Assembly: GCA_002700365.1 (NCBI GenBank)
Contig: PADB01000010.1
Span: 268,591-332,590 of the forward strand
Length of the DNA stretch: 64,000 nucleotides
Reading direction: 5' to 3'
DNA from: Kordiimonas sp.
GTDB taxonomy: Bacteria > Pseudomonadota > Alphaproteobacteria > Sphingomonadales > Emcibacteraceae
In this document: positions 43,018 through 52,714 of the stretch, piece by piece
How positions within the stretch are numbered: the first letter of the stretch is position 1
Layout: each line of letters opens with the position of its first letter
Translations under genes and position numbers: made by a program
Notes under the pieces: generated by a model
Told to the model about the DNA's origin: nothing
The model's input: only the letters and a program-made list of their open reading frames with translations
The model's database searches: none

Positions 43018-44451
43018 ATGTCCCAAGATTTCACCCCTGAAAACGTCTTTTACAACGATGGTACAATGGATCCTGAACGTACGCTTGCCAGTGTAGACCA
43101 GGCCTTGGGCGGCATGGAAGACGGAGAACTCTATCTGCAATACGCCCAATCCGAAAGCTTTGTGTTTGATGACGGGCGCCTAAAAAACGCCGCATATGAC
43201 ACAACAAAGGGATTTGGATTGCGTGCTGTAATGGGTGAGGCCACGGGCTTTGCCCATTCTTCGGATCTTTCGGAACAATCAATAAAGCGCGCGGCCGAAA
43301 CTGTACAAGCCGTCCGCAGCAGCCATAGCGGACAAATGAGTTTACCTCCACAGGGCACTAATACTCATCTGTATACCCATACCAATCCGCTTGATGATTT
43401 CAGCTTTAGTGCCAAAGTCAAATTGCTGGAAGAAATAGATGCCTATGCCCGCGCAAAAGACCCACGCATCAAACAGGTGAGCGCAAGCCTTTCCGGGAGC
43501 TGGGAAGTCGTAGAAATCATTCGGTCCGGCGGCCATCGCCTACAGGATATCCGCCCCCTTGTCCGGTTGAATGTAAGTATTATTGCTGCACAGGGGGAAC
43601 GCATGGAAAGCGGCAGCGCCGGTGGTGGTGGCCGCTTCACCTACCATCAGATGCTGGACGAAGGCCATTGGCAGGCCAAAGTGGACGAAGCTGTGCGACA
43701 AGCTCTTGTCAACCTTGAATCAGTTGCGGCTCCAGCAGGTGAAATGGACGTGGTTTTAGGCCCCGGTTGGCCAGGCGTTCTTTTACATGAAGCCGTTGGC
43801 CATGGTTTGGAAGGTGATTTTAATCGCAAAGGAACATCGGCCTTTGCCGGCCTATTGGGTGAAAGAGTGGCAGCCCCCGGCGTGACCGTTGTCGATGACG
43901 GTACCATCGCGAACCGTCGCGGATCATTGAGTATTGATGATGAAGGAACGCCGACACAGCACACTGTCCTGATTGAAGACGGTATTCTGAAGGGATATAT
44001 GCAGGACCGTATGAACGCCCGCCTTATGGGGCATGACGCCACGGGTAATGGCCGACGTCAAAGTTTTGCATATCAACCCATGCCCCGGATGACCAACACA
44101 TATATGCTGGCGGGCGATTCCGCCCCAGGTGATATCATTGGCTCAGTGAAAAAGGGTCTTTACGCTGTCAATTTCGGCGGTGGTCAGGTGGACATTACCA
44201 GCGGAAAATTTGTCTTTAGCTGCACCGAGGCCTATCTCATCGAAGACGGCAAAATCGGCGCCCCCGTTAAGGGGGCCACATTGATAGGCAATGGGCCAGA
44301 TGTCCTAACCCGCGTCAGTGCCATTGGCAATGATCTGGAACTGGATCCCGGTGTCGGTTCTTGTGGTAAGGGCGGACAAACAGTCCCCGCGGGCGTGGGA
44401 CAGCCGACATTACGCATCGACGGTCTAACCGTTGGCGGCACAGACGGATAA
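43018..44451 (+). CDS. tldD: Metalloprotease TldD
   Basis: HEAVGHGLEGD zinc motif; about 477 aa. ATG 43018 is preferred over TTG 43012. Confidence 0.95.
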   Translation: MSQDFTPENVFYNDGTMDPERTLASVDQALGGMEDGELYLQYAQSESFVFDDGRLKNAAYDTTKGFGLRAVMGEATGFAHSSDLSEQSIKRAAETVQAVRSSHSGQMSLPPQGTNTHLYTHTNPLDDFSFSAKVKLLEEIDAYARAKDPRIKQVSASLSGSWEVVEIIRSGGHRLQDIRPLVRLNVSIIAAQGERMESGSAGGGGRFTYHQMLDEGHWQAKVDEAVRQALVNLESVAAPAGEMDVVLGPGWPGVLLHEAVGHGLEGDFNRKGTSAFAGLLGERVAAPGVTVVDDGTIANRRGSLSIDDEGTPTQHTVLIEDGILKGYMQDRMNARLMGHDATGNGRRQSFAYQPMPRMTNTYMLAGDSAPGDIIGSVKKGLYAVNFGGGQVDITSGKFVFSCTEAYLIEDGKIGAPVKGATLIGNGPDVLTRVSAIGNDLELDPGVGSCGKGGQTVPAGVGQPTLRIDGLTVGGTDG

Positions 44452-44486
44452 AATACTAAAATGTTATAAGCGGAAAAAATTCTGTC

Positions 44487-45866
44487 TTAACAGGCAAATT
44501 CTTCAAAAATAGGGGAGATATCCTGCCCCCATTTTTCATTATATACTTTTAAGAGCTCATCCGCCGGGGTGCGCCCGACTTCGACGATCCATTCCAGGTC
44601 GTTTAGGAAATGCCGTTCGTCTTCACCATTACTGTTTAAACGGGCACGACGACGCAACCCTTCCCGGGCAATAGCCAGGACCTCTTTCGCGAATTCGCGC
44701 ATCTGTCCGGACCGGCACGGCGCATCCAATGCCATTCTCGGCACATCATCACGCAATTGTTGGCGTTCTGCAGCAGTCCAGTCCTTTACCAAATCCCAGG
44801 CGGCATCCAGCGCCCCCTGATCATAAAGAAGACCCACCCAAAAAGCGGGCAATGCGCAAATTCGCTGCCACGGCCCACCATCAGCACCGCGCATTTCCAG
44901 AAACTTCTTCAGGCGCACCTCCGGGAAAACCGTGCTCATATGATCTTCCCAATCTTTCATCGTTGGGATCTGCCCCTCAAAACCATCAAGTCGCCCTGCC
45001 ATAAAGTCTTTAAAAGACTTTCCGGCCGCATCTATATATCTTCCTTCCCGATAGACGAAATACATCGGTACGTTCAGCAGATAATCAACATAAGCTTCGT
45101 ATCCCATGCCGTCTTCAAAAACGAATGGCAGCATGCCTGATCGGTCTGCATCTGTATCGGTCCAGACATGACTACGGTAGCTTTTAAAACCGTTTGGCTG
45201 ACCTTCTGTAAAAGGTGAATTGGCAAAAAGGGCTGTTGCCACGGGCTGCAACGCTAGTGAAACGCGAAACTTCTGGACCATATCCGCTTCCGATGAAAAA
45301 TCCAGGTTGGTCTGAATCGTTGCTGTGCGCAACATCATATCCAACCCCAAATTACCCACCTTTGGCATATAATTTCGCATCACCACATAACGGCCTTTTG
45401 GCATGACGGGGACGTCTTCGCGACGGGCCGTAGGAATAAAACCCAACCCCAGAAAACGCACGCCTAATTCCTCACAAACGCTCCGGACCTGCATTTGATA
45501 TTCCTGCACTTCCGCACAGCTCTGATGCAGATTATCCAGCAAACCACCAGATAATTCCAGCTGCCCTCCAGGCTCAAGCGAGATAGATCGGTCTTCCTTT
45601 TTCAGGCCGATAATGTAATCACCTTCCATTATCGGGACCCAGTTATATCGATCACGCATCGCCTCAAGGATCGCCCGGACACCACGTGCACCTTCATAGG
45701 TTAGCGGCTGGCGGTCATCCATACGAAAACCAAACTTTTCATGTTCGGTTCCGATCCGCCAGGCACCGCGGGGTTTTTCCCCCGCCGCAATATAATCAAT
45801 AAGTTGGTCTTTACCCTCTATCACACCCTCTGGGGAAAGAGCGCTTTGTGCTCCGGTCGACGCCAT
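44487..45866 (-). CDS. gshA: Glutamate-cysteine ligase, plant/alphaproteobacterial GCS2 type
   Basis: GTEHEKFGF and TIQTNLDF motifs; 459 aa. Confidence 0.9.
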   Translation of the reverse strand: MASTGAQSALSPEGVIEGKDQLIDYIAAGEKPRGAWRIGTEHEKFGFRMDDRQPLTYEGARGVRAILEAMRDRYNWVPIMEGDYIIGLKKEDRSISLEPGGQLELSGGLLDNLHQSCAEVQEYQMQVRSVCEELGVRFLGLGFIPTARREDVPVMPKGRYVVMRNYMPKVGNLGLDMMLRTATIQTNLDFSSEADMVQKFRVSLALQPVATALFANSPFTEGQPNGFKSYRSHVWTDTDADRSGMLPFVFEDGMGYEAYVDYLLNVPMYFVYREGRYIDAAGKSFKDFMAGRLDGFEGQIPTMKDWEDHMSTVFPEVRLKKFLEMRGADGGPWQRICALPAFWVGLLYDQGALDAAWDLVKDWTAAERQQLRDDVPRMALDAPCRSGQMREFAKEVLAIAREGLRRRARLNSNGEDERHFLNDLEWIVEVGRTPADELLKVYNEKWGQDISPIFEEFAC

Positions 45867-46000
45867 AAAATATCCGTTCTAAAGATTGCCTAAAGGCCGA
45901 TCATGTAAATGAAAGGTGTGATGTAATATAATCATCCCTAAAATCATAGTCATTTATCAATAACTTTAAAATTAAAAGTAACTAGCTCATATTTTGGCTG

Positions 46001-46741
46001 TCACGGATATAATGTCAACACTTCATCACGTACCTGGTAACCGGAAAGCTGATTCAAAAAATGCATTCCTAACAAGGATGTACGCATCTGTGCACTATTT
46101 ACGCTGGCACGAATATCAGTCATAACAATCGGGCCGACAACCAGCTGGTTAAGCCGCACGGGGGCTCCCGCTACAATACCATTGGCCGTTTGATACCGTT
46201 GACTATACGTCAATTTCTGTAAATCAAAACCAACCCGTCGGGCATCAGCGGGACTGAGTACAATTTCGCTCGCCCCGGTATCGACCATAAACCTGACCGG
46301 TATATTATTGATATTTGCGCGAATAAAAAAATGCCCGGTCATATCAGCCCGATAACTGATTTGCCCTTCGCTCTGATGGCCACGGTCGGGCGATAATTCT
46401 GCCACTAGCCGTTCGCGGCCATCATTTCCATAGCTATACCCTAGCACTAAAATGAGGATAATAATGACCCAGATTGCAGCCTGTTTTAAGGCCGTCACAG
46501 GCCGCAATCGTATATGAACAACCAACGCCCCGCCGACAAAGGCAATCAATGCCAGGCCATACGTCAATCGCAACCACCCATCTTCGCCGCTTAATGCCTC
46601 TGGATAAGCTATATTCAACAACATAAGGCCCAAAATCAACGCCACCACGCCAGCGATGATATAGATTCCCCCTCGGCCTTTAGATGGCTTTTTCTCTGTG
46701 TGCTTCGGGTCCTGTGACCCCCATGGGTTTTGCATTGTCAT
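46001..46741 (-). CDS. Membrane-anchored retropepsin-like (clan AA, TIGR02281-like) aspartic protease
   Basis: Three N-terminal TM helices and then FMVDTGASEIVLS (DTGA active site). ATG 46741 was chosen to avoid overlapping rsmE. Confidence 0.75.
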   Translation of the reverse strand: MTMQNPWGSQDPKHTEKKPSKGRGGIYIIAGVVALILGLMLLNIAYPEALSGEDGWLRLTYGLALIAFVGGALVVHIRLRPVTALKQAAIWVIIILILVLGYSYGNDGRERLVAELSPDRGHQSEGQISYRADMTGHFFIRANINNIPVRFMVDTGASEIVLSPADARRVGFDLQKLTYSQRYQTANGIVAGAPVRLNQLVVGPIVMTDIRASVNSAQMRTSLLGMHFLNQLSGYQVRDEVLTLYP

Positions 46742-46760
46742 GTTCTTTACTAATTGCTTA

Positions 46761-47510
46761 TTAGCACCAATCACCCATTGATGACTGGTACAGTGCCATC
46801 GCGGCCACCGCTGCCGTATCTGCACGTAAGATGCGTGGCCCTAATGTAATCGGGACAACATAAGGCAAGGCGCGCAAGGCCGCCCTTTCATCGTCAGAAA
46901 AGCCACCTTCAGGCCCAATGAGTATCGCCGCCTTGGGAAGAAGCTTTTCTCTTTCTGCCCCCGCAGCCCATATGGTCATGGCATTGCCACCCTCATCACA
47001 AAAAAACAATGTCCGGTCGTCGGGCCATTGCTCCAATACCTTAAACAGCGCTACCGGTTCGCGCACCTCGGGCACCGTCATTCGTTCACATTGCTCCGCG
47101 GCTTCTATGGCATTGGCCTGCATACGATCCTGTTTGACACGGTCCAGATTAGTCCGTTGCGTTAGCACAGCCTGAATAAGACTCGCCCCAAGCTCTGTTG
47201 CTTTTTGAATCATATAATCCAGGCGTGCTTTTTTAATCGGCGCAAACAACAGCCATAAATCCCCCTCTTGTTGCTGCATCTGGCGTTGTGTATCAACGAC
47301 TAGTCGGGCCTTGCCCTTGCCCACCTGCACAATTGTCGCCACCCATTCTCCATCAAACCCGTTAAATAACACGATCTCATCACCTTCTTTACAACGCATT
47401 ACGTTGACCAGGTAATGGCCTGCATTGCCATCCAATAAAATCGGCACATCTGCCTGAAGCTGAACATCGACAAAAAGGCGGACAGGTGAAGAAGATGTGG
47501 CACGTTTCAT
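46761..47510 (-). CDS. rsmE: 16S rRNA (uracil1498-N3)-methyltransferase
   Basis: PUA-like N-terminus and SPOUT C-terminus with GPEGGFSDDE. Confidence 0.9.
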   Translation of the reverse strand: MKRATSSSPVRLFVDVQLQADVPILLDGNAGHYLVNVMRCKEGDEIVLFNGFDGEWVATIVQVGKGKARLVVDTQRQMQQQEGDLWLLFAPIKKARLDYMIQKATELGASLIQAVLTQRTNLDRVKQDRMQANAIEAAEQCERMTVPEVREPVALFKVLEQWPDDRTLFFCDEGGNAMTIWAAGAEREKLLPKAAILIGPEGGFSDDERAALRALPYVVPITLGPRILRADTAAVAAMALYQSSMGDWC

Positions 47511-47632
47511 TGAAATAATCTTACGCAGGATCGTCTTTATTAATATGATTGAGGCTTGAGCTTAACAGCTTTTGCCCCTTATATGGGACTGTTTTTATCA
47601 TGTGACAATAGGTCACACCATGAGGCCCCCTT

Positions 47633-48616
47633 ATGTCGAACCAACCTGACCCCACCCCTGCACCACCGTCACGGCCCGCAGATTCTCTGCACAAAAGCTG
47701 GATTTACCGCTGGGCGCCCGACTTTACGCTCCCATACCTTCAACTCATGCGCGCCGATCGGCCTATAGGCGTATGGCTGTTATTATGGCCCTGCCTGTGG
47801 TCAATTGCCATGGCCAGCCATTTTCTGGCCTCAACCACAACAATTCCAGACCTCTGGGCTATTGGACTTATTCCCTCTCCTGAGATGATAATACTTTTTG
47901 CGCTTGGAGCCTTCATTATGCGCGGGGCGGGATGCACCCTGAATGATATTGTTGACCGCGATTTTGATGCTGCGGTTGCCCGCACACAGGCCCGCCCCCT
48001 TCCCTCGGGCCGTATCAGTCGCCGTCAGGCGATGCTTTTTATGATCGGCTTATGCCTTTTAGGCTTGGTGATTTTACTGCAATTCAACACATATACCGTT
48101 TTCCTGGGGGTCAGCTCCCTCGCCCTCATTATCATTTATCCTTTCATGAAGCGGATCACCTATTGGCCGCAGGCATGGTTAGGACTGACATTTAACTGGG
48201 GTGTATTAATGGGATGGTCTGCCGTAACCGGCACTCTCAACCTACCAGCTTTTTGTCTTTATGCAGCGGGTTGGTGCTGGACAATGGGCTATGACACCAT
48301 TTATGCCCATCAGGATAAAGAAGATGACATGATCGTTGGGGTAAAGTCCACCGCCCTACGCTTCGGCGACCATACGAAGCATTGGCTTTGCGGATTCTAC
48401 AGCCTGCAAATCGTTCTTTTTACCATGACGGGCCTGTTGGTAAATATGCCCTCTCTTTATTTCATTGGCCTGATATTTTGCGCGGCCCATCTCATCTGGC
48501 AGATCAAAACGCTAGATATCCAGGCACCTGACAACTGTCTCATGCTGTTTAAGGCGAACCACGGTTTCGGGGCATTATATTTCTTGGTCATTTTATTGGG
48601 GCATTATGCCAGCTAA
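47633..48616 (+). CDS. ubiA: 4-hydroxybenzoate polyprenyltransferase
   Basis: GCTLNDIVDRDFDAAVARTQARPL and YAHQDKEDD motifs; multi-TM. Confidence 0.9.
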   Translation: MSNQPDPTPAPPSRPADSLHKSWIYRWAPDFTLPYLQLMRADRPIGVWLLLWPCLWSIAMASHFLASTTTIPDLWAIGLIPSPEMIILFALGAFIMRGAGCTLNDIVDRDFDAAVARTQARPLPSGRISRRQAMLFMIGLCLLGLVILLQFNTYTVFLGVSSLALIIIYPFMKRITYWPQAWLGLTFNWGVLMGWSAVTGTLNLPAFCLYAAGWCWTMGYDTIYAHQDKEDDMIVGVKSTALRFGDHTKHWLCGFYSLQIVLFTMTGLLVNMPSLYFIGLIFCAAHLIWQIKTLDIQAPDNCLMLFKANHGFGALYFLVILLGHYAS

Positions 48617-48723
48617 ATATCCACTCAGGCCGGCTCCCAATAGCGGGCTAATATGGACAAGACAGGCGTTAATAACGCACCCACGCATAACCACAGACTT
48701 TTCAAATATTCTTTGGCGCAGAC

Positions 48724-48764
48724 AAAAAAGCAAAGAGGCCGCATCTGCGGCCTCTTTTTCTTTT
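48724..48764. terminator. Bidirectional terminator between the convergent ubiA and PEP-CTERM genes
   Basis: AAAAAAG-CAA-AGAGGCCGC-ATCT-GCGGCCTCT-TTTTCTTTT. Confidence 0.7.
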
Positions 48765-48777
48765 AATGTCCTGACGC

Positions 48778-50193
48778 TTATTTGCGTTTCCGGCGTCTCA
48801 ACTGTGCAACCCCAATCAGGCCAGCTCCCAGAAGAACCAAAGATGCAGGCTCTGATACCCCAGTCGGAGGGGGCGGTGGAGGAGGTGGAGGGGGTGGCGG
48901 AGGCGGTGGAGGTGACGCCCCCGGAGAGAAAGTCGCCCCGAGAATTGTGTGATAGCTATCAAAGCTGGAGAAGCCTGACATGCTGGCGAAAAACGGAACA
49001 TCTGCCAGAATACCGCCAACTCCCACACCAATAGCAAGATTTGCCGTCGACCAGCCAGTCGCGCCCAAGGCCGTAAAGACCAGCGGATCAACCAGACCGC
49101 CATTGAGGAACATCGTGCCAATTTCAGATGTCAAAATCGCGACATTGAGATAGTTCTCAACGAAAGAGTCTCCTCCAACGGGTGTAGAAAAGACATATTC
49201 ATCCAACAATTGATTCACACCGGTGATAAAGCTGAACGCTGGATCACCTGTTGTACGGGTCCCGCTTTGACCGCGCAGATACTGACCAACCAGAACAGGC
49301 GACGATGCTTCAATATGGGCATCACCGACATTATCAAAGGTAGCAGTCTCACCAGCAGCCAATGTTGCCACAACAACACCGTCAATTTTAACCTCTGTAC
49401 CCGCATCACGCGCCAATACGCGGATCAGGTCCGCATCGGCACCGGCACTTTCGCTTCCGGCCACAAAGAATTCGGTATCATAGTTATCAGTGCTTGGAAT
49501 TTGGCTGATTAACAAATCACAGGCCGAAACGCCGATGGGCACCTGTGTACAGGCCGCCCCACTAAAGACAGCCACAGGCTTATCAGCAACAATTTTTGAT
49601 CCTGTTACATCTGATACAGCCGCGCTTGTGCTGGCCCCTGTGCTATATTTAACGGATTCACCTGCGTCCAATGTCACCGTAAACGGAACACCCGCAGGAT
49701 GCCCGTTCACCGCCACTGCCGGGGTGATCGTCACATCGGTATCATCTTCGGTCGCCGTGATGGACATTTGCCCACCTTCACCAAAACGACCTGTGAACCC
49801 CAAGGCGTAATATGTCGTGCCTAATGAGGCGACATCATGAAGATACGTCATATCACTGGTTGCCGACCGACGGTGCAGTACGTGTCCACTTATCGGATCC
49901 GCAGAGTCAATAAAAAGTGACTTACCTTCGATCGTATCACTCGCCAATACAGTAGATGTTGGCAAGGAAATTTCCACAACGCCAGAAGCGCCAATACTAA
50001 ATGGTGTCGATACAGATCCCGCCTTGTTGCTTACTGTCCCCGTCACCCCATCGGCCCCAAAGATAAACAGACTTTGCGTACCGGTCGTGAGATTCGGATG
50101 GACATTCGCAATAAGGGAGGCTTCGGCGGAAGATGACATCACCCCCAGCGTCAGCAACGCGGCCACACCAACCGCTTTTTTCATTCCCCACAT
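48778..50193 (-). CDS. Secreted PEP-CTERM-anchored protein with an IgGFc-binding-like beta-rich domain
   Basis: Signal peptide MWGMKKAVGVAALLTLGVMSSSAEA. The Thr/Gly/Val-rich body resembles IgGFc_binding N-terminal domains (my recollection). It ends with a 16-Pro linker and then VSEPASLVLLGAGLIGVAQLRRRKRK. ATG 50193 lies 7 nt after AGGAG. Confidence 0.85.
   Translation of the reverse strand: MWGMKKAVGVAALLTLGVMSSSAEASLIANVHPNLTTGTQSLFIFGADGVTGTVSNKAGSVSTPFSIGASGVVEISLPTSTVLASDTIEGKSLFIDSADPISGHVLHRRSATSDMTYLHDVASLGTTYYALGFTGRFGEGGQMSITATEDDTDVTITPAVAVNGHPAGVPFTVTLDAGESVKYSTGASTSAAVSDVTGSKIVADKPVAVFSGAACTQVPIGVSACDLLISQIPSTDNYDTEFFVAGSESAGADADLIRVLARDAGTEVKIDGVVVATLAAGETATFDNVGDAHIEASSPVLVGQYLRGQSGTRTTGDPAFSFITGVNQLLDEYVFSTPVGGDSFVENYLNVAILTSEIGTMFLNGGLVDPLVFTALGATGWSTANLAIGVGVGGILADVPFFASMSGFSSFDSYHTILGATFSPGASPPPPPPPPPPPPPPPPTGVSEPASLVLLGAGLIGVAQLRRRKRK
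48865..48912 (-). repeat. Low-complexity (CCN)16 tract encoding a 16-residue polyproline linker
   Basis: The plus strand reads cgg agg ggg cgg tgg agg agg tgg agg ggg tgg cgg agg cgg tgg agg. All 16 minus-strand codons are CCN. Confidence 0.9.
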
Positions 50194-50273
50194 AACCATG
50201 CTCCTAAAAAATGACAACGCCAGACGCCAAACAACTATAACGACTCCAACTTGACGTCAGCACCCTGTAAAGA

Positions 50274-50289
50274 TGCAATTGATATGCCA
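50274..50289 (-). promoter_or_regulatory. Candidate RpoN (sigma-54) -24/-12 promoter of the PEP-CTERM gene
   Basis: The minus strand reads TGGCAT-ATCAA-TTGCA against the consensus TGGCAC-N5-TTGCW (10 of 11 positions, exact GG/GC spacing). It lies 81 nt upstream of ATG 50193. Confidence 0.55.
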
Positions 50290-50312
50290 TAAATGACTCT
50301 TACCGCGGAATC

Positions 50313-50339
50313 ATATGGTTAACATTATGTTAACCATAT
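50313..50339. promoter_or_regulatory. Perfect 27-bp palindrome (13+1+13), candidate activator or operator site
   Basis: ATATGGTTAACAT-T-ATGTTAACCATAT, 23 nt upstream of the sigma-54-like element. The sequence is certain; the function is inferred. Confidence 0.5.
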
Positions 50340-50423
50340 CTAATATTTTGAAACTGTAAAAAAAACCGACACATTAACCTAAAAGGTCAGTATTTCTGCC
50401 ATTTTTAGGGCGTATATACAAAG

Positions 50424-50456
50424 AAAGAGGCCCCCGGGGCCTCTTTCCTCTTTTGT
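50424..50456 (-). terminator. Rho-independent terminator after hppA
   Basis: Minus strand GAGGCCCC-G-GGGGCCTC followed by TTTCTTTG. Confidence 0.6.
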
Positions 50457-50470
50457 TCAATACGTGCATG

Positions 50471-50484
50471 CCCCCCCCCCCCCC
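50471..50484. repeat. C14 homopolymer (G14 on the transcribed strand) in the hppA 3' untranslated region
   Basis: Fourteen consecutive C between the hppA stop (50513) and its terminator hairpin. It is the longest homopolymer I noticed in the window. Confidence 0.95.
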
Positions 50485-50512
50485 TCTTATGGAGAGAGCG
50501 ACATCACATCAT

Positions 50513-52498
50513 TTACAATAATGGTGCTATCACCAAACTGACGATCGCCATCACATTAATCAAAATATTCATGGAAGGACCCGATGTGTCCTTGAACGGA
50601 TCACCCACAGTGTCGCCCACAACCGTGGCCGCATGCGTATCTGATCCTTTACCGCCATGATTACCTTTTTCAACATATTTTTTGGCGTTGTCCCATGCAC
50701 CGCCAGCGTTGGACATCATCAGGGCCATCATCACACAGCCTAACAAGGCCCCGCCCAGCATACCGCCAAGTGTTTCTGCACCCAGCCATAAACCGATCAC
50801 AACCGGCACCAATACGGCAATCGCCCCTGGTAAAATCATGCGTTTCAGAGCCGCCGCCGTTGCAATATCCACGCAACGTGCCGTATCCGGTTCCGCAGTC
50901 CCTTCCAACAGGCCGGGAATTTCCCGGAACTGACGGCGGATTTCTGTGATCATATCCATGGCCGCATCGCCAACCGCCGTCATGGTGATAGACGCAATCA
51001 AGAACGGTAAGGCCCCACCAATAAACATCCCTATCAATACATCCGGATTATTAATTTCCAGACTAAAATCAGGATGCCGTGCGGCAACGGTTTCCACAAA
51101 AGCGGCAATGATGCTTAACGCCGCAAGGGCCGCCGCACCAATGGCAAACCCCTTACCAATAGCAGCTGTGGTATTGCCTAATTCATCCAGGCTATCGGTA
51201 ATTTTGCGGGTCTCTTCACCCATGCCGCCCATTTCTGCGATGCCCCCGGCGTTATCCGCCACCGGGCCATAAGCATCAATGGCCATTGTCACACCAACGG
51301 TTGCCAACATGGATACCGCCGCAATCCCGACACCATAAAGTCCCGCCAATGATGTTGAGACAAAAATAATGCAGCAGATGACTAATACCGGCACCACAAC
51401 AGACTGCATACCTACGGCCAAACCCGTAATAATCACCGTTGCCGAACCGGTCTCCCCGGAATGGGCAATCCGCTGTACAGGTTTTGAGGCAGTATAATAT
51501 TCCGTCACTAGCCCTACCAGTACGCCGCCAACGGCCCCTGCCAGGATGGCATACCAGATATTGACACCAATCCCTAAGTGCGACATCAGAAAATATGAAG
51601 CAATGATGAATAACCCGGCAGCGCCCATAGTCCCTGAACGCAATGCCTTTTCCGGCGCAGAGGCAGACCGCAATCGTACCAAGCCAATACCTAATAATGA
51701 ACATACCAGTCCGATTGACGCCAATGCCAACGGCAGGAACATTAATTCATTCTGGTTGGGAACGCTCATTGTCGCGGCAATGGCAATCGTTGCAATCATT
51801 GATCCGCAATAGGATTCAAAAATATCCGACCCCATACCGGCAACATCACCAACATTATCGCCAACATTATCGGCAATCACGCCAGGGTTACGGGGATCAT
51901 CTTCCGGAATTCCCGCTTCCACTTTCCCCACAAGGTCCGCCCCAACATCGGCGCTTTTTGTGTAAATCCCCCCACCCACGCGGGAGAATAAAGCCACCGT
52001 AGAAGCCCCCATGCCAAAACCATGAATCGCATGCGCTGTATGTGGGTCACCGCCGAAATAATAATACAGCATCCCTAATCCCAACAGGCCTAATGACGCC
52101 ACGCATAGCCCCATGATCGAACCACCGTAAAAGGCAACAGATAATGCCTGCGCCGCGCCTTTTTCATGGGCCGCGGTCGCCGTACGGGTATTCGCCCGTG
52201 TCGCGGAATACATCCCCAGATAACCGGCACACGCCGATGCCAACGTCCCAACAATGAAGGCAATGGCGGTATTTTGTCCCAAAAAATACCAAAGCGGCCC
52301 AATAAGGACCGCATTGAAGATCAATAGCATACGGTATTCACGATTCATGAACACCATTGCCCCCAAGTGAATAGCATCACCAATTTTTTTAATATTGTCT
52401 GCCCCTTCGGAATATTTCAGGACAGCGCGGTAAATGATAAAAGCAAAAAACAACCCAACGGCCCCTAAGATCGGTGGCCATAACACCATGTCTAACAT
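50513..52498 (-). CDS. hppA: Membrane-bound ion-translocating pyrophosphatase
   Basis: [29 protein letters not shown] and [14 protein letters not shown] motifs; 661 aa; about 16 TM helices. Confidence 0.95.
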   Translation of the reverse strand: MLDMVLWPPILGAVGLFFAFIIYRAVLKYSEGADNIKKIGDAIHLGAMVFMNREYRMLLIFNAVLIGPLWYFLGQNTAIAFIVGTLASACAGYLGMYSATRANTRTATAAHEKGAAQALSVAFYGGSIMGLCVASLGLLGLGMLYYYFGGDPHTAHAIHGFGMGASTVALFSRVGGGIYTKSADVGADLVGKVEAGIPEDDPRNPGVIADNVGDNVGDVAGMGSDIFESYCGSMIATIAIAATMSVPNQNELMFLPLALASIGLVCSLLGIGLVRLRSASAPEKALRSGTMGAAGLFIIASYFLMSHLGIGVNIWYAILAGAVGGVLVGLVTEYYTASKPVQRIAHSGETGSATVIITGLAVGMQSVVVPVLVICCIIFVSTSLAGLYGVGIAAVSMLATVGVTMAIDAYGPVADNAGGIAEMGGMGEETRKITDSLDELGNTTAAIGKGFAIGAAALAALSIIAAFVETVAARHPDFSLEINNPDVLIGMFIGGALPFLIASITMTAVGDAAMDMITEIRRQFREIPGLLEGTAEPDTARCVDIATAAALKRMILPGAIAVLVPVVIGLWLGAETLGGMLGGALLGCVMMALMMSNAGGAWDNAKKYVEKGNHGGKGSDTHAATVVGDTVGDPFKDTSGPSMNILINVMAIVSLVIAPLL

Positions 52499-52714
52499 TC
52501 AAGTCTCCCATGACTATTTCAATGCAATACCCTAAGTTTTTGATTTATTTATCAGGGATGCGCAGAAACTGTAATTGATCGACCAAAGTCTGACAAGTTT
52601 ACTGCTGACAAATCACCTGAAATGGATATAGTGCGCCCACATACACCCATGTATTACAAACCATTTATATGGGGCTTATGTTCCATTTTTATTTAGCAGA
52701 GAGAGTTTCCTCCC

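Noticed and set aside
46742-46825. A longer start (46825) for the retropepsin-like protease.
   Set aside because: It would overlap rsmE by 65 nt, and the added residues are Trp/Arg/His-rich and not protein-like.
48606-49121. ORFs overlapping the 3' end of the PEP-CTERM gene (48606-49034 on the plus strand, 48816-49121 on the minus strand).
   Set aside because: These are alternative-frame readings of the (CCN)16 polyproline repeat and its flanks. The PEP-CTERM frame has a signal peptide, a sorting signal and an RBS.
50946-52002. Multiple 80-140-aa ORFs on both strands inside hppA.
   Set aside because: These are shadow frames of a Gly/Ala/Val-rich membrane protein gene. The hppA frame is unambiguous.
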